Shown here: positions 1 to 12,555 of the stretch, in pieces
How positions within the stretch are numbered: position 1 is the first letter of the stretch
Layout of the letters: every line of letters begins with the position of its first letter
Source of the DNA: Mytilus edulis
Lineage: Eukaryota
Reading direction: 5' to 3'
Assembly: GCF_963676685.1 (NCBI RefSeq)
Contig: NC_092355.1
Location: forward strand, 40,610,001 to 40,674,000
Length of the DNA: 64,000 nucleotides
Translations under genes and position numbers: made by a program
The notes under the pieces: generated by a model
Told to the model about the DNA's origin: nothing
The model's database searches: none
Seen by the model: the letters and a program-made list of their open reading frames with translations, nothing else

Positions 1-1109
1 ACTATATGTCACCGTACAGCCGAATGTTTACAAGTACTTTTTTCATACTCTTTTTGATACAATTTTATAAAAAAAAAAAAACGAGACGAAAGACAAATGA
101 TTTTCATTTGAATTCGTGATAGATATAAGTTTCAGAAAAGGTATCATCAAGGGAAATTGTATTTTTGGTCAAATTTCGGAAAATATGAGACACATCTTAG
201 GGCAGGTTGTTGCCATGGATACTCAAAAAAGAAATATCTTGAACCATTCAACTACTGTGTATCAGATATATGGAAAATACTAATAACATACATATGCACA
301 TAAACGACACAAACAGTAGGCTTAGTTTGTAAGAAAGCAAGGAAAAGGGGATGGACATATTTATGTTTATTTCTATTTGACATCACTACTAATCCAGTGA
401 CAAATCTCATTATGAGGAAAAGTTCAGAAACATTCACATAACAAATCAGCGACCTACTTTACTTTCAGGAAGTTTTTATAACAATTGGGGTCCTCTTTGT
501 TCAGTTCCTGCAAGTACCTCATACTTTTGATTTTGCCATTTGACATTTGACTTTCCGTTTTAAATTTTCCTCGGAGTTCAATATTTTTGAGATGATTATT
601 TATACTGCCCACACAGTGGTCGCCTTGTCAGCCACTGTATTATCTAGATTTTTCGGCACCATTTGCTGTTTATCCCTTTTTGTTTGTTTTCTACGCTCGA
701 TTCAAGCTCCGTCACAGCTATTAACCTGTCTATGCTTTAGTATCTGAGCTCTAACCACCTTGCCAAACAATCAAACTGATTTATTTCCATGTAGATATTT
801 TAAATGTATAATTTTACTCAGACCTTCTGTGAACTACCGAATCTAACCAAATAAACGGGGAACGTGTCCATTGGACACAGATAATGCCCAAGCTGGCATA
901 TAACTTTATAAAGAGTCATTACTCAAGAACGGTAAAAGTTACACCACCCTAATTCGCACCTGATATGTGTTTTATGGAATTTCGTTTCATAAAATTTGGT
1001 TGAGGCAAATTAAAAGAACGGAAACTTTACGTACTTACGGACAGACAAGCGTAACACTTAATGTCTCCTCCGTGTGATTTAAAAAAAAATCAGATGTTTT
1101 TATACTGAC

Positions 1110-2760
1110 ATTGCACATACCCGACCATTGCCCAACTATCTCTACGACCCTAATACGATCAAGACGATCTGGTCTGGCCGAGATCAGGCTGAAATCAAAT
1201 ATAGTTGATTTGGCATAGCTAATCGAGTAAAGATCGTGTAGAAATTGTGAATTGGTCGGAATTATCGAATATGTACTCAATTAGTGGTCGTGGTGGAGTC
1301 GTTATAGAGTCGTGAATGGTCGGGTTAAGGTCGTCTACAGTCGGATAGAAGTCGTATACAGGCCCGATCTGATCGGCAGTGTGAACCTAGCATTAATTGG
1401 GCTGATTTACACCAGTCAAGACAAAATTTGAAAGTCTAGACTAGTCGAGACAGGTCGAGACTGGTTGAAACTGAGTCGAGACTAGTCGAGACTGGTTGAG
1501 CCTTGGTCGAGACCATTTCAGATTACACCAAGATCATCAAGTACTGAATCAGACTAATTGAGTAAATTCGAGACCTAGTCGAATACAATTAAGTACAGCT
1601 AAGTACTGTCGAGACAATGTCGAGAATAGTTGAGTAAAATGTGTGCTCGACTTTACTGGTCGAGCACAAAATCTGGTCTTTTCAGACTCTGAGCAGTTTT
1701 TAGTATAATATGCTGTTAATGTTTAATATAAATCCCAAAACCAGTCGAAATTTGTACGTGCACTTATCATTTTTAATTGAATAAAAGAAGAGCAATGTGA
1801 TATAAAGCTGGGGTCACACATTCACGATTTTTACTGCCGTATTTCACAGGACCATTCCCGATTAAAATTTGTCAATAGTCTGATCAAGATCCTGTGAATC
1901 GTGGATGGAAATTCAAACTTTAATTAAAATTTGTAAAAAAATAATTTAATCACGACACCAATCAGATGTTGTTCAGGAAGCGTCGATATTAAACCGTTTC
2001 GAAGCCAATTTATCCTGATAATCCCGTTCGAAATTCGCTTCTAATCCGATTTGTATCTTTCGCCTGGTAAAATTCGACCGAGTCTGTCACGAATGCGTCC
2101 CGATTCGGTAATCCGACAGAGGTCAGACATTGACCAGACAGCTAACCGACGCTGACGGAAGTTATCCGTTAGAAAACTGTCGGCATTCTCGGGATGATCA
2201 GGTGCTGTCGGACTGTAATCCTATCACGGTCCGCTCTATCGCATTGCAAACGGTTTTGTCTGGTCTCAGTCGTATGTATTCTGTAACTGTCGGGGCTCTG
2301 ACGTGGGTATCTTGACGAATTTCAAATTAATAACGGGAATGTTTTGGAACGGTTTCGGCAAAAACGGTTCGCAATCGACAAGATCTGGATGCAATCTGGA
2401 CTCAATCGGTAGAAAAACAGCAATGAAAAATTTCTCCAGATCATTCCCGTTTCACAGGACACCGTCCAGAATACACAGAACATTGTTAGGAATTCGATTC
2501 CATTCAGCAGAATCTGTCGACATAGGCACGATTGTAATCCGACTAGACAAAATCCGCTAAGTTTCCCCGAATGTTACTGGACGCACCTAACTGTCGGGGT
2601 GCTTTGCCGAACTTTTCGGAACCTTCTCGACCCGTAGGAAGATGTTACGAACTTAAACGAATGCGTTCAGACAATGATAGGACATTCCAGATAATTGAGG
2701 ATAGTAATCCGACTTTTTCACTTTTCGTGTCGTATCGCTGTCTGATCTCAAACGGGAGCA
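1110..2760. mobile_element. Stack of GC-richer non-autonomous DNA transposon fragments (Harbinger-like termini)
   Basis: Right end GTGTGAACCTAGC-ATTAA at about 1379-1396; a block of GTCGAGAC-like motifs at 1420-1670; left end TAAA-GCTGGGGTCACAC at about 1807. Partner ends not found. Confidence 0.5.
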
Positions 2761-3089
2761 ATAATCGGTAATGTGTGAACAACTAAACTTACCGTATATC
2801 AGAATACGTGTCCAAATACTTTTGATACTATTCAAGTATTCGAACATATCATCGTATTTCAAAGATGTTAGTTTGATAAATAGACTGGCAGTAAGTCAAC
2901 TATATGTTATTTTAACTCAGAATTACTTTATTTTCAGTAGTTTTAAAAGAAGAAAAGAAATATTAGTGCTTACGTTGATGGGATTGCTCTGAATTGAAGA
3001 TATTCGTGTAACTCAAACCTTCTTGGTGATGCTATAACATTTGCAAAAATACATTCATATCATTAGAAAGCAGTATTAATTTCATCAAA

Positions 3090-4307
3090 ATGAATGTTTC
3101 CAAAGCCAACTACACTAACATAACTAAATATGGATATGACCTCAACGAACGTGTGTCTAACATTGTATCAATGGCAAATTTGCTGCAGATAATGTTTCTT
3201 TTAGTTGCAATGCCAGCAAATTGTTTTGTATTATATATTTACAAATTCAAAAAACCTAAAGGTGACAGATTTGGTGTCGTATTGTCTTCATTAGTCGATT
3301 TAACAGCTTCTGTATTTGGATCGGCATGTTGTTTTGCTATAAACACTAATCCAGTTAATTTTTATAGCGATTCACAATGTGCGTTCATTTTAGGTAGTAA
3401 TATGCTTTTGTGGAATTTATCTGGAGTTTGCATTCTTAACGTTACTACATACCGTTATATCCTCCTTAGATATCCTTCGTTTCAACTAAATAATAGGAAT
3501 CGACAAATCCTCACAGGGATAGTGATGTTAGTTGCCATCGGTTTCTCAATTCCGGCTTTCATATTTTATGGAGAAACAAAAATCGGCATTCGTCTCCAAA
3601 ACTTCACCGCTTTCGGGAAAATGTGTGGAGCATCGGGAATACTTGAAAAGGGACCATTATTTCAGGTATACCCGATAGTTGTTTCAGTCATTTATACTTT
3701 TGTATTTCTCTATTTAACTTTTATACAATTAAGACTATTAGTACTATTTTACAGAGGACTTGCTAAAATGGAGCGAATACCACCATCTTTCCGCCATGGA
3801 ACACTTGCACATCTTAAAATTATGGACAACTTCAAAATAATTGATAGATATGCAGACAAAAATTTCTTTGTCATAGGCTCAGATGCGTTGATTTGTAAGT
3901 CCTGTGAAAAAAAATCAATGAAAATAACATGTGGAACTGATGACAGACTGGGAAAAAAAAGTGCCTATGAAATGATGTTAGATATTGATATAATCATTCC
4001 AGAGAATACAAATCTAATTGATGATACGTCAAAAAATCTCAAAGATTCGAATAATTCAAAGTTAAAAATAGTTTCATCACCTAGGCGTGTCACGTGGTAC
4101 TTGAATCAGGCCCTTATACTAATTTTTTTTGTTTATTTACTAATTGAAAGAGCTAGAGAGATGTTTATAAATACAAGTGTTTGGAGTGATATAAGTGAAA
4201 TAGAATGGAGTTGGGGCTGGCTCTGTCTTGGAAATGTGATGTACGGTGCATTGAATCCATTTTTCCACTCGAATTTTCTCATTTTCGATACCCTAAGATC
4301 TATATAA
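3090..4307 (+). CDS. Divergent class A (rhodopsin-like) GPCR, single coding exon, 405 aa (GPCR-1)
   Basis: Long ORF with about 7 hydrophobic segments and N-terminal sequons (NVS, NYT, NIT). TM1 PANCFVLYIY, TM2 LVDL, TM3 TTYRY at the DRY position, TM4 SIPAF, ECL2 Cys (KMCG), TM7 LNPFFH. Alignable by eye to GPCR-2/3. Confidence 0.85.
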   Translation: MNVSKANYTNITKYGYDLNERVSNIVSMANLLQIMFLLVAMPANCFVLYIYKFKKPKGDRFGVVLSSLVDLTASVFGSACCFAINTNPVNFYSDSQCAFILGSNMLLWNLSGVCILNVTTYRYILLRYPSFQLNNRNRQILTGIVMLVAIGFSIPAFIFYGETKIGIRLQNFTAFGKMCGASGILEKGPLFQVYPIVVSVIYTFVFLYLTFIQLRLLVLFYRGLAKMERIPPSFRHGTLAHLKIMDNFKIIDRYADKNFFVIGSDALICKSCEKKSMKITCGTDDRLGKKSAYEMMLDIDIIIPENTNLIDDTSKNLKDSNNSKLKIVSSPRRVTWYLNQALILIFFVYLLIERAREMFINTSVWSDISEIEWSWGWLCLGNVMYGALNPFFHSNFLIFDTLRSI

Positions 4308-4892
4308 AAGCCTGAAATATATCTTATTAACAAAATTACTTTTCTGTACATATCATGTCAGCAATACGCTTTATAATTATTTATTTTGAGCCGATATATT
4401 TTTATTCTTAAACTTTGTAAAATTGTGTTTGCTACTGTAAGTGTAGAATTAGTATTTACCGGAAGAAGCTACGTGGTTTATAAGTAAAATTCGAAAATAG
4501 AAATAGAAAATAATGTTATTAACATTGAATAATATTTTCTATCCCAAGTGTCGCATTATCTATGAATATCGTACAAAGTTTTTTTTGCAACTGCATCAGA
4601 TGATTATGGTGTATTCGCAACGTGCATCTGAGGGATACACTTTGAAACTTGGATTATGATTAGTTGTTTATACTTACATAATACACAATTCGGAATATAA
4701 ACAGTAAACACATATGCCTTATATATATTTTTTATCATTGTGAGATCCTTTTTTCTAATTTTGACGAAACATCTTAACTATTGGTAAATAAAGTGTTACG
4801 TATAAAATCCATTAAGCATGCTGATCAACAATTTCCTTAATCTAAAGCTTCAATTAAGTATCCCTGTACTTTATCATATAACCATCACTTAA

Positions 4893-5403
4893 GGGGACCC
4901 GCGAGTCTGGATCATTATTCTTATTAAAAAAAAATTCTGTAAAGAAAGTTTATCCTATACTTAATTGAAAACTTAAATGATAATATGGGGTCACCGTTCA
5001 TTCAAGCTCACAATCTGCCTTTGAAAACATCCATTTTTGTTAAGGTACTTTTTTTCTGTTGAAGAAAAAAGGTAAATTACAAATAAAAAAAGAAAGAAAT
5101 TACAGAATCGCTCAAATTTTACAACAGGTTAGTTTTAGTAGAGTTTATTTGAAAAAATAATGCAAAATATTGGTCACCGATGAGTTAAAAAGTTATTTCA
5201 AATTTTATGCAAAACATATACATATTTTTCAGCAAAGGGAGATATTTTGGAGCTTCTTCAATGATATATACATTTTAAAAGTCATCCGGGGCCAAAACGA
5301 ATTGATTTTTTTTTGTTGATTTTTTTGTACTTTATCATAAAGTAACATCTAAAAGTGTAATAAATAAAATTTGTAATGAAAATAAAGTTTTAATTTTTGC
5401 TGA
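4893..5403 (+). mobile_element. Possible left part of a TTAA-inserting (Kolobok-like) non-autonomous element
   Basis: TTAA followed by GGGGACCCGCGAGTC; truncated by the element at 5404; no right end seen. Confidence 0.3.
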
Positions 5404-6521
5404 TTTTTAGCTCAACGGAGCCCGAAGGGCCCCATGTGAGCTTATGCCATCACTTAGCGTCCGTCGTCGCTTCTCTTCATCCGTCGTCTTCTGTCGCGAT
5501 CGTTGTCGTAAACTATTTCAAAAATCTTCTCCTCTGAAACTACTTTGCGAAATACCTTTAAACTTTAACTAAATGTTTCCTTACGGTATCTAGTTTATAA
5601 ATTGTACCCGAAGTTTTGATCTATCGACAAACATGGCCGCAATGGATAAAATAAGAACATAGGGGTCAAATGCAGTATTGGCTTATATCTAAAAAAAAAA
5701 AAGCTATTAGAGCAAATCTGACAATAGGGTTATAATGTTCAATTGGGCAAAATATATCAGCCCGAAAATTTTCAGACGAATCGGGCAAACCCATTGTCAC
5801 TAAGTGGGTAGTTTAAGGAAATTTTCAATTTTTTGTTATTATCTTGAATATAATTATACAAAGTTGATAGATATAAACTGTAAACAGCTATAACGTTCAG
5901 CAAAGTAAGATCTACATAAAAATTGATATAACCAAAATTGTCAATTGACCCCTTAAGGAGTTATTGTCCTTTTAAGACATTTTTTCACAATTTGTGCATC
6001 AAGTTTGCTATTAAAAAAACCTTTTCCTCTGCAACTACTATGTAAAATACCTTCAAACTCTAACTAAATGTTCCTAAGGGTATGTAGTTTATAAATTGTA
6101 TCCTAAGATTTGATCCATCGACAAACATCGAATACAGAGCATAGTGGTCAAATGCAGTTTTTGGCTTATATCTCAAAAACTATAATTGCTTTTAGAGCAA
6201 ATCTGACTTGGGTCAAATTGTCCAATAGGTCAAAATCTATCAGCCCTGAAAATTTCAGACGAACCGAACAACCAATGGTTGGGTTACTGGCACTGAATTG
6301 GTAGTTTTAACCAAATTTTGCAGTTTTTTGTTAATATTTTGAATACCATTATAGATAGATATAAACTGTAAACAGCAATAATTTTCTGCAAAGTAAGATC
6401 TACAAAACAATATTTGACAACAATTGTCAGTTGACCTCCTAATGAGTTATTGCTCTTTAAAGAATATTACACAATTTGTTCATCAAGTTTGCAGGTGAGC
6501 GATGTAGGCTTTTGAGAGCCT
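5404..6521 (+). mobile_element. Helentron-associated (HINE/DINE-like) element with two ~500 bp internal units
   Basis: Starts TTTTTAGCTCA...GTGAGCT, (CGT)n microsatellite, units starting near 5521 and 6017, ends CAGGTGAGCG plus short hairpin AGGCTTTTGAGAGCCT. Homologous to 52255-54053 and 46823-48115. Confidence 0.8.
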
Positions 6522-7594
6522 TAATTACACTGACGGAATTCGAAAATGTTCCCATGTTTTTGGTATTATTCCTTTTAACTTTCTTACCTGTAATTTTATT
6601 TATGTTAAAAATGCCCGTTTACTTCATTTTGAAGTTATAAGTGACCTTCACTTTCTTGTCAGACATATAATATGATCTATAGAGAGAGAAAAAAAATGTT
6701 GTTGATAGATAGTTTATTTGTTGTTTGAACGGTAGTTAAAAATAATTACAAATGTGGATTTAAGTTTTCTAGGCATTTTTTATGAAGATTCCAACATTAA
6801 AAGCCTCTCGGGTTTATCTTGTGTAAATTGACTGTGCAAGTTAGTATATAATTCTGGTGTAATTTCATGTTTTGTAGTACATGTATATTTGTTTTCTTTT
6901 TCTACAATATTTTGCCCGAGCTTTTTTAACTAATAAAAAATATCTAATCCAGTCTTCTGTATACTTTTTAGTTTTATAGTTTCTGATGAGATGTGTCCGT
7001 TCTCATATATTTTATTAGTAATTATGTACAAAATATTCAATTCAAATTTGAAAGAAAAGACATTTCCAATTTTCTTTGGTAAGATAGTTCCTTCATTTTT
7101 GTTTTCTTACCGTAATAAATTATATTGGTATAATTCTTTGACCTTCTTTTACTTTTAACAATGTTTGACTTACAATAATTTGTATATTTCTGGTAAAAAA
7201 TAGTTGTATTTAGCTAAGCATGTTTATATTTGTTGAGTTTATTCCGTATAAAAACAAGTCTCTCCAAAATTTGTTAAAGTAAAATCTGGAAATAGTTAGT
7301 CGGTTACATTTCTTCTTTTATAAGTGTTTAATCCCATCTGATTTTTAACATGCTTAATAATCTTAGTCAATATTTTTTATCCTCCATCAAGAAGCTGAAT
7401 ATAATGCAGAACGTTTAACTCAAATATTTGAAATGAAAGTCAGTAAAAATATGTTGAAACTTGAAGAAGGGCAAATTACCAAAAAGGATCGGTAACATGA
7501 AACATTTATCTTAATAGTTAAACTATGCCTGAGACAGGGATAACCAAGTTACTTAGCGATTCCTTACATTTTTTTTAAATAAAAAACAATTTAT

Positions 7595-8073
7595 TAAATT
7601 CCGAAGACTTCGCTCTTCATTACCCTTTATATCGTGTATCGCTGTAACGAAAAGCTATTTCAGAACAGGATATTTTGTGCTTTATCAAAACAAAACTAAT
7701 CATATATTTGTATATACTACTTCTTGGTAATATATTTGTGTTAATATAAGAAACAGAACTGAAACAAGGAAGTTTTGATGACTGACTATACTTTGATACA
7801 AGGGAGCTTTATATTGCGGACGCCATCAAGAGTTGGTTGACCGTAGTGAGTGATCCGTTTCACAGATAAATTCCGAAGACTTCTCTCTTCGTTACTGTTT
7901 ATATTGTTAATCGCTGTAACGAAAAGCTATTTCAGAACACGAGATATAATTTTATTTTATCATAACAAAATTAGGCATATTTTTGTATATACTACTTCTT
8001 GGTAATACATTTGTGTTAATATAAGAAACAGACCTGAAACAAGGAAGTTGTGATGACTGGCTATATTTTGATA
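7595..8073. repeat. ~200 bp direct duplication separated by a 70 bp Penelope-derived patch
   Basis: 7595-7798 resembles 7867-8073; spacer 7798-7867 matches 9703-9772. Confidence 0.85.
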
Positions 8074-9584
8074 AAATCAAATAAACCTGATAAAGAGATT
8101 AACATACGGGAAATGTATAATAACAGACGCAAATGAATGTCCTAATGATAAATTAAGCTTACAATGTTGTTTTTATCAATCTAACACTTTACTTTTCAAT
8201 TAAAGTTTTAATGAAATAACTTACATTTCAAATTAAGTGTAAAAGGGTGGTATGGGAAAGAAAAGTTTCATGCAATCTCATAAGTCGGAGTTACACTACC
8301 ATCGCCATTTAAAAGTCGAACAACGATAAAAAAAAAAAAAAAAAAAAATGAACACAACATGGAGCACTACACACTGTCAAACATGAAACTCTTCAAAAAC
8401 TTTGATTCAATATCTATGAATTATATCAGGTGATTTTAAAGGGTATGCAGATCCTGTCCCACATATTGCACCCATGATCATCCTTGTGAGTATTTAGGTG
8501 ACGAGTGTCATTCGCAAATGTCAAATTTGAAGCCAAATTGACAGGATTTTTATGGCAACCGGTTGATATCTACTAATACATACAGACATTCAATGAAAGT
8601 CACTCAACACGTGATTGTGTATGAAAATATTCTATAAAGAAAATGAAAATTAACCTTAAAGATTTATAACGCCCGAAGTGTATCTCTATATTTAACTTCT
8701 TCGGGGAGCTCTAACACAAATAATTGAAAGCAAAGGATAAATAAATACATCAAAACGTTAAGTCATATATATCTTTTTTTAAATTGTTAAAAAAAAAAAG
8801 TCATTTCTTGATTTCCCAGTTACATATATTAAATATTAAATGTTTGACCGAAGAAACATACCAATCAAGCGATTTTGTATTTCTAGGAAAAGGGAAATTC
8901 TTTTTCTTACTAGGTTATAACTTCGTGTATTTGTTAATTTTAGAAAAAAGAATAAAACAAGTCGAATACAATTCCTAATTAAACTTTTTTGATACAATCA
9001 ATTGGAAGGATACAAATTTTATCATACGGTATACTCACACTTAGCAAAGGAAGAAGATATTCTGATTAAAAGGTTTTATACAATGCAGGTATTTTTTTCT
9101 TCAAATTAACACCTATTTTTAAAAGTATTTTTACAATATATATTTCATGAAAAAAACCTACATTGGATTATGTTTTTAATTTTATGTTTAATCATTCCCA
9201 ACATTTCTTTATGTCATAGAAAATTGAATAATTATTATGTTGAAAATAGAGAAGTGATGAACTGTTTCAATATGAACAAATCCTTATATTTTACTTATTG
9301 TGGCTTCTTGATATATGTTCAAGACTTTACGTTACTGAATGTTTGTGTTGAAATTGCAAATGAGATGATAAGAACAGTCGAAAGAGTTTATTTCAAGCTG
9401 TTCACAAAATACAAATTTGAAAATCTGACAGAAGTGAGGTTCGTGAGATATTTCATGACGGTTAACTTAATTACGATGGCGTTCGTAAAACTGAATGACC
9501 GTAGTATATAGGAATGGTAAGTTTACTTCAAGAAAAGTCTATATTTTACAGATACTGGACTGTCAAACAACAGTAGGACTTTCC

Positions 9585-9850
9585 ATTTCTACATAGCAAC
9601 ATTCCAGCGGCGCCTGCATACTGCGTTTATATTCACCAATTGATACAATATTCCAAGGCTTGTATTTCCTGTCCTGATTGTCTTGATAAAGGGTCCCTGT
9701 TCACAAGGGAGCTTTATATTGCGGAAGCCATCAAGAGTTGGTTGACCGTAGTGAGTGATCCGTTTCACAGATAATAGTGGATATGCTCCTCAAGTCGTTA
9801 CTACAATCCCGCCGCATTTCACGAATGTAACCTACCGAATTAGACTTATC
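9585..9850 (+). mobile_element. Degraded Penelope-like retroelement fragment (RT C-terminal region)
   Basis: Reads SNIPAAPAYCVYIHQLIQYSKAC; homologous to the minus-strand copy at about 10170-10480, with an internal deletion. Confidence 0.8.
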
Positions 9851-9924
9851 TTATAGTCGAATATAAATTGCCTGCCTGATACATGTACGCACTAAGCGAT
9901 ATCCGATAAAAATATGATAAAACA

Positions 9925-10720
9925 GGACCGAAAGATACCAGAGAGACATTCAAACTCATAAATCAAACATAAGCTGACAACGCCAAGGCTAAAAATTAAA
10001 AAAACAAAACAAAACAGACAAATAATAGAACACATAAGACAGCATAGAAAACTAAAACCTCAGCAACATCAACCCCACCAAAAACTTTGGGTAATCTCAG
10101 GTGCTCCGGAAGGGTAAGCATTTCCTGCTCCACATGTGGCACCCGTCATATTTTTACAAACCCGGTATATAGTCTAATTCGGTAGGTCACATTCATGAAA
10201 AGGGAAGGGAATTGTAGTAACGACGAAAGGAACATATCCAATATCATCTGTGAAACATTTATTCCATAACGGTCAACCAACTCGTCATGGCGTCCGTAAA
10301 ATGAACGAAGGGATGATTTCAACTTCACCATTTGGAACTCTTTGTTTAATAGCTTTCTTGCAAGCAGCAACCCTCTATCAAGTAAATTATGATAGAAAAT
10401 ACAAGCCGGGAATTGTGTATCTATTGGGAGATGATGTATACCCTGTCCGCAGACGCTGCTGGAGTGTTGCTACATAGAAATGGAAAGTTCACAATTGGGA
10501 AGCTCAAATTACTTCTTTTGTCGTCAAGTTTTGTTTTCAACCGACCCTCAATGTCAATTGCTAGATGTAAGTCTAGATATTAGGCAGACTTCACTGTATC
10601 TGTTGTATCCTTTATCTCTAGTTCGATTGCATAGATTCGCTCAATAAAGTCACCAAATTTTGAATTATATAGTGAGAGAACACCATCTATATAGCGGAAA
10701 GTAAAGTTCAAGGATAAAGT
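9925..10720 (-). mobile_element. 5'-truncated Penelope-like retroelement: RT remnant plus 3' UTR
   Basis: Minus strand reads NFTFRYIDGVLSL...IELEIKDTTDTVKSA*YLDLHL...FPIVNFPFLCSNTPAA and LKSSLRSFYGRHDELVDRYG (catalytic YIDD decayed to YIDG, stops and frameshifts), running into the abundant GGTATCTTTCG-ending repeat. Confidence 0.85.
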
Positions 10721-11335
10721 TAAATTTGGTAGTAAATCATCAGTATAGACACGAGAGACAAAAACAAATCATGAAGGGATGCTGTAAATGTGAAGGCAAT
10801 AGTTAGGACACCCGTTATATAGAAGAGGGACGAGGGATACCAAAGAGACATTTAAACTCGAAATCAAACTGACAATGCAGGTCTTAAAAAAGAAAAACAA
10901 ACACAAACAGTGAAGAAAACAAAACTTAGAAATTCAAAGATTTGAGCAACACGAACACCACCAAAAACTAGGGGTGATCTCAGTTGCGATTGAAGGGTAC
11001 TCCGATCTAAATCCATGTGTGGCACTCGTTAAGATGCAACTTTGTGTTTTTATAAAATAACATTGTACTAAGAAGAACAGAATGCATATAACAATAGAAA
11101 CAAGACTGTAGAATAAAACACGGAACAATTATAAGCTGTGTTATATATGTATACTTAAGGGTCAATTCCTTTTTAATATCTCTGCCATTAATTAATTTCC
11201 TGTCTCGTTCAAATATCTCTTAAACCATTTAAATCATATCTCAATGTATAGGCGACACGTTTACACTTCGACACAGGAAAGGACTCTTTGGTTTATTTTA
11301 AGTAGATTTAATCATGTAAAATTGAATTAGTACAT

Positions 11336-12139
11336 AGACAATAACTGTTTAGTGTCTTTAAATATCAGCTGTATTTGTACGAGGCTAGGAAACAAGGTGT
11401 ATGCGAGCTTTTAGCGATTTATTACACCTGTTTCGAGCCGAGTACAAATACAGCTGATATTTAAAGACACTAAACAGTTATTGTCTTTATCCTGCAATTA
11501 ATTCTGTATATTATTTGTGTTTTGAAAGACACAAAACACATGTTTTGCATTTATTTTCGATTGAAAATCCCTTGAGGCCCGTGTAGTAATACGATACAGT
11601 AATCACACATTCAGCTGAAGACGGGGTCGCAAAAAAAGAATCTCGAATGGTCAACAATAATACATCGCTCAAGGTGAATAATTATCTATTTTAACATAAC
11701 AACTAAATTTAACGGGAAAAACAAATAACAAAACACTGTCCAATTTGAAACAGTAGTGTATGAGTTGTCATACGCTTCAGACTCTACATTCACTAAACAT
11801 GCATGCTGAAATTGACATGTTTGTTTTTGTTACACAATCCTACACATTCAAGTTTTGAAATCAATAGTTGTCATCGTAGTAAAGACTGCTGTTCATGTGT
11901 GTATGTTATCAGAAAATTGGTGTGATTCTTATTGCTCTAAAGAAATGATTGAAAACAAACCGAACGTTTAAAAGTAATCGTTAATCCGCAATACACATTC
12001 TGAGGTCACGCAGGTTCATACAATATTCAGTCCGGCAGTGGGCGGAGCTTTTAGGCGATATCTGTATAGTATACAGATACAGCATAGCGATATCTGTAGG
12101 GCTGTGTCTATATAGTAGAACACCCAATTGCAGGATAAA
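11336..12139 (-). mobile_element. Hairpin-terminated non-autonomous element (E1)
   Basis: Perfect 45 bp inverted repeat 11336-11380/11442-11486; 14 bp IR TTTATCCTGCAATT at 11486-11499 and 12126-12139. Confidence 0.75.
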
Positions 12140-12357
12140 TTTTGATAATATATTTAATTGATACAATAAAATTTATAAAATTTTACAGACTATAATTTAA
12201 TTATTTGCTTATGAGAATAACCATGTTGAATATTGGTAAACTACGTTGAATTCATTATATTTGTGGCTTGATAAATAACTTATAATTCAGAATGATTGAT
12301 GCTAGTCTACAGCACGACAAAAAAGTTTGAATTTTTATACACTATCAATACCATTAA

Positions 12358-12555
12358 GAAGTAAAATAACAAAAATACTGAACTCCGTGGAAAATTCAAA
12401 ACGGAAAGTCCCTAATCGAATGGCAAAATAAAAGCCCAAACACATCAAACGAATGGATAACAACTGTCACATTTCTGACTTGGTACAGGCATGTACAAAA
12501 TGAAGGATTAAACCTGGTTTAATAGTGCCAAACCTCTCACTTGTACAACAGTTAC
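12358..12555 (+). repeat. Dispersed repeat family AAGTAAAATCACAAAAATACTGAACTCCGAGG; other copies near 500-600 (-), 38545-38795, 39115-39225, 40055-40530, 55108-55352 (-)
   Basis: At least six mutually alignable copies with one shared end and variable truncation at the other. Confidence 0.8.

Noticed and set aside
1035-2992. Cluster of 60-85 aa ORFs as transposase or small genes
   Set aside because: No DDE or other domain motifs; they arise from locally higher GC in non-autonomous element fragments.
6983-7010. CTGATGAG as a hammerhead core (also CTGATGA near 49353 and 60017)
   Set aside because: No stem II followed by GAAA and no stem I/III pairing.
9170-9511. 113 aa ORF with a signal-peptide-like N-terminus
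   Set aside because: Composition typical of AT-rich non-coding DNA, no family resemblance or paralogue; cannot be supported without expression data.
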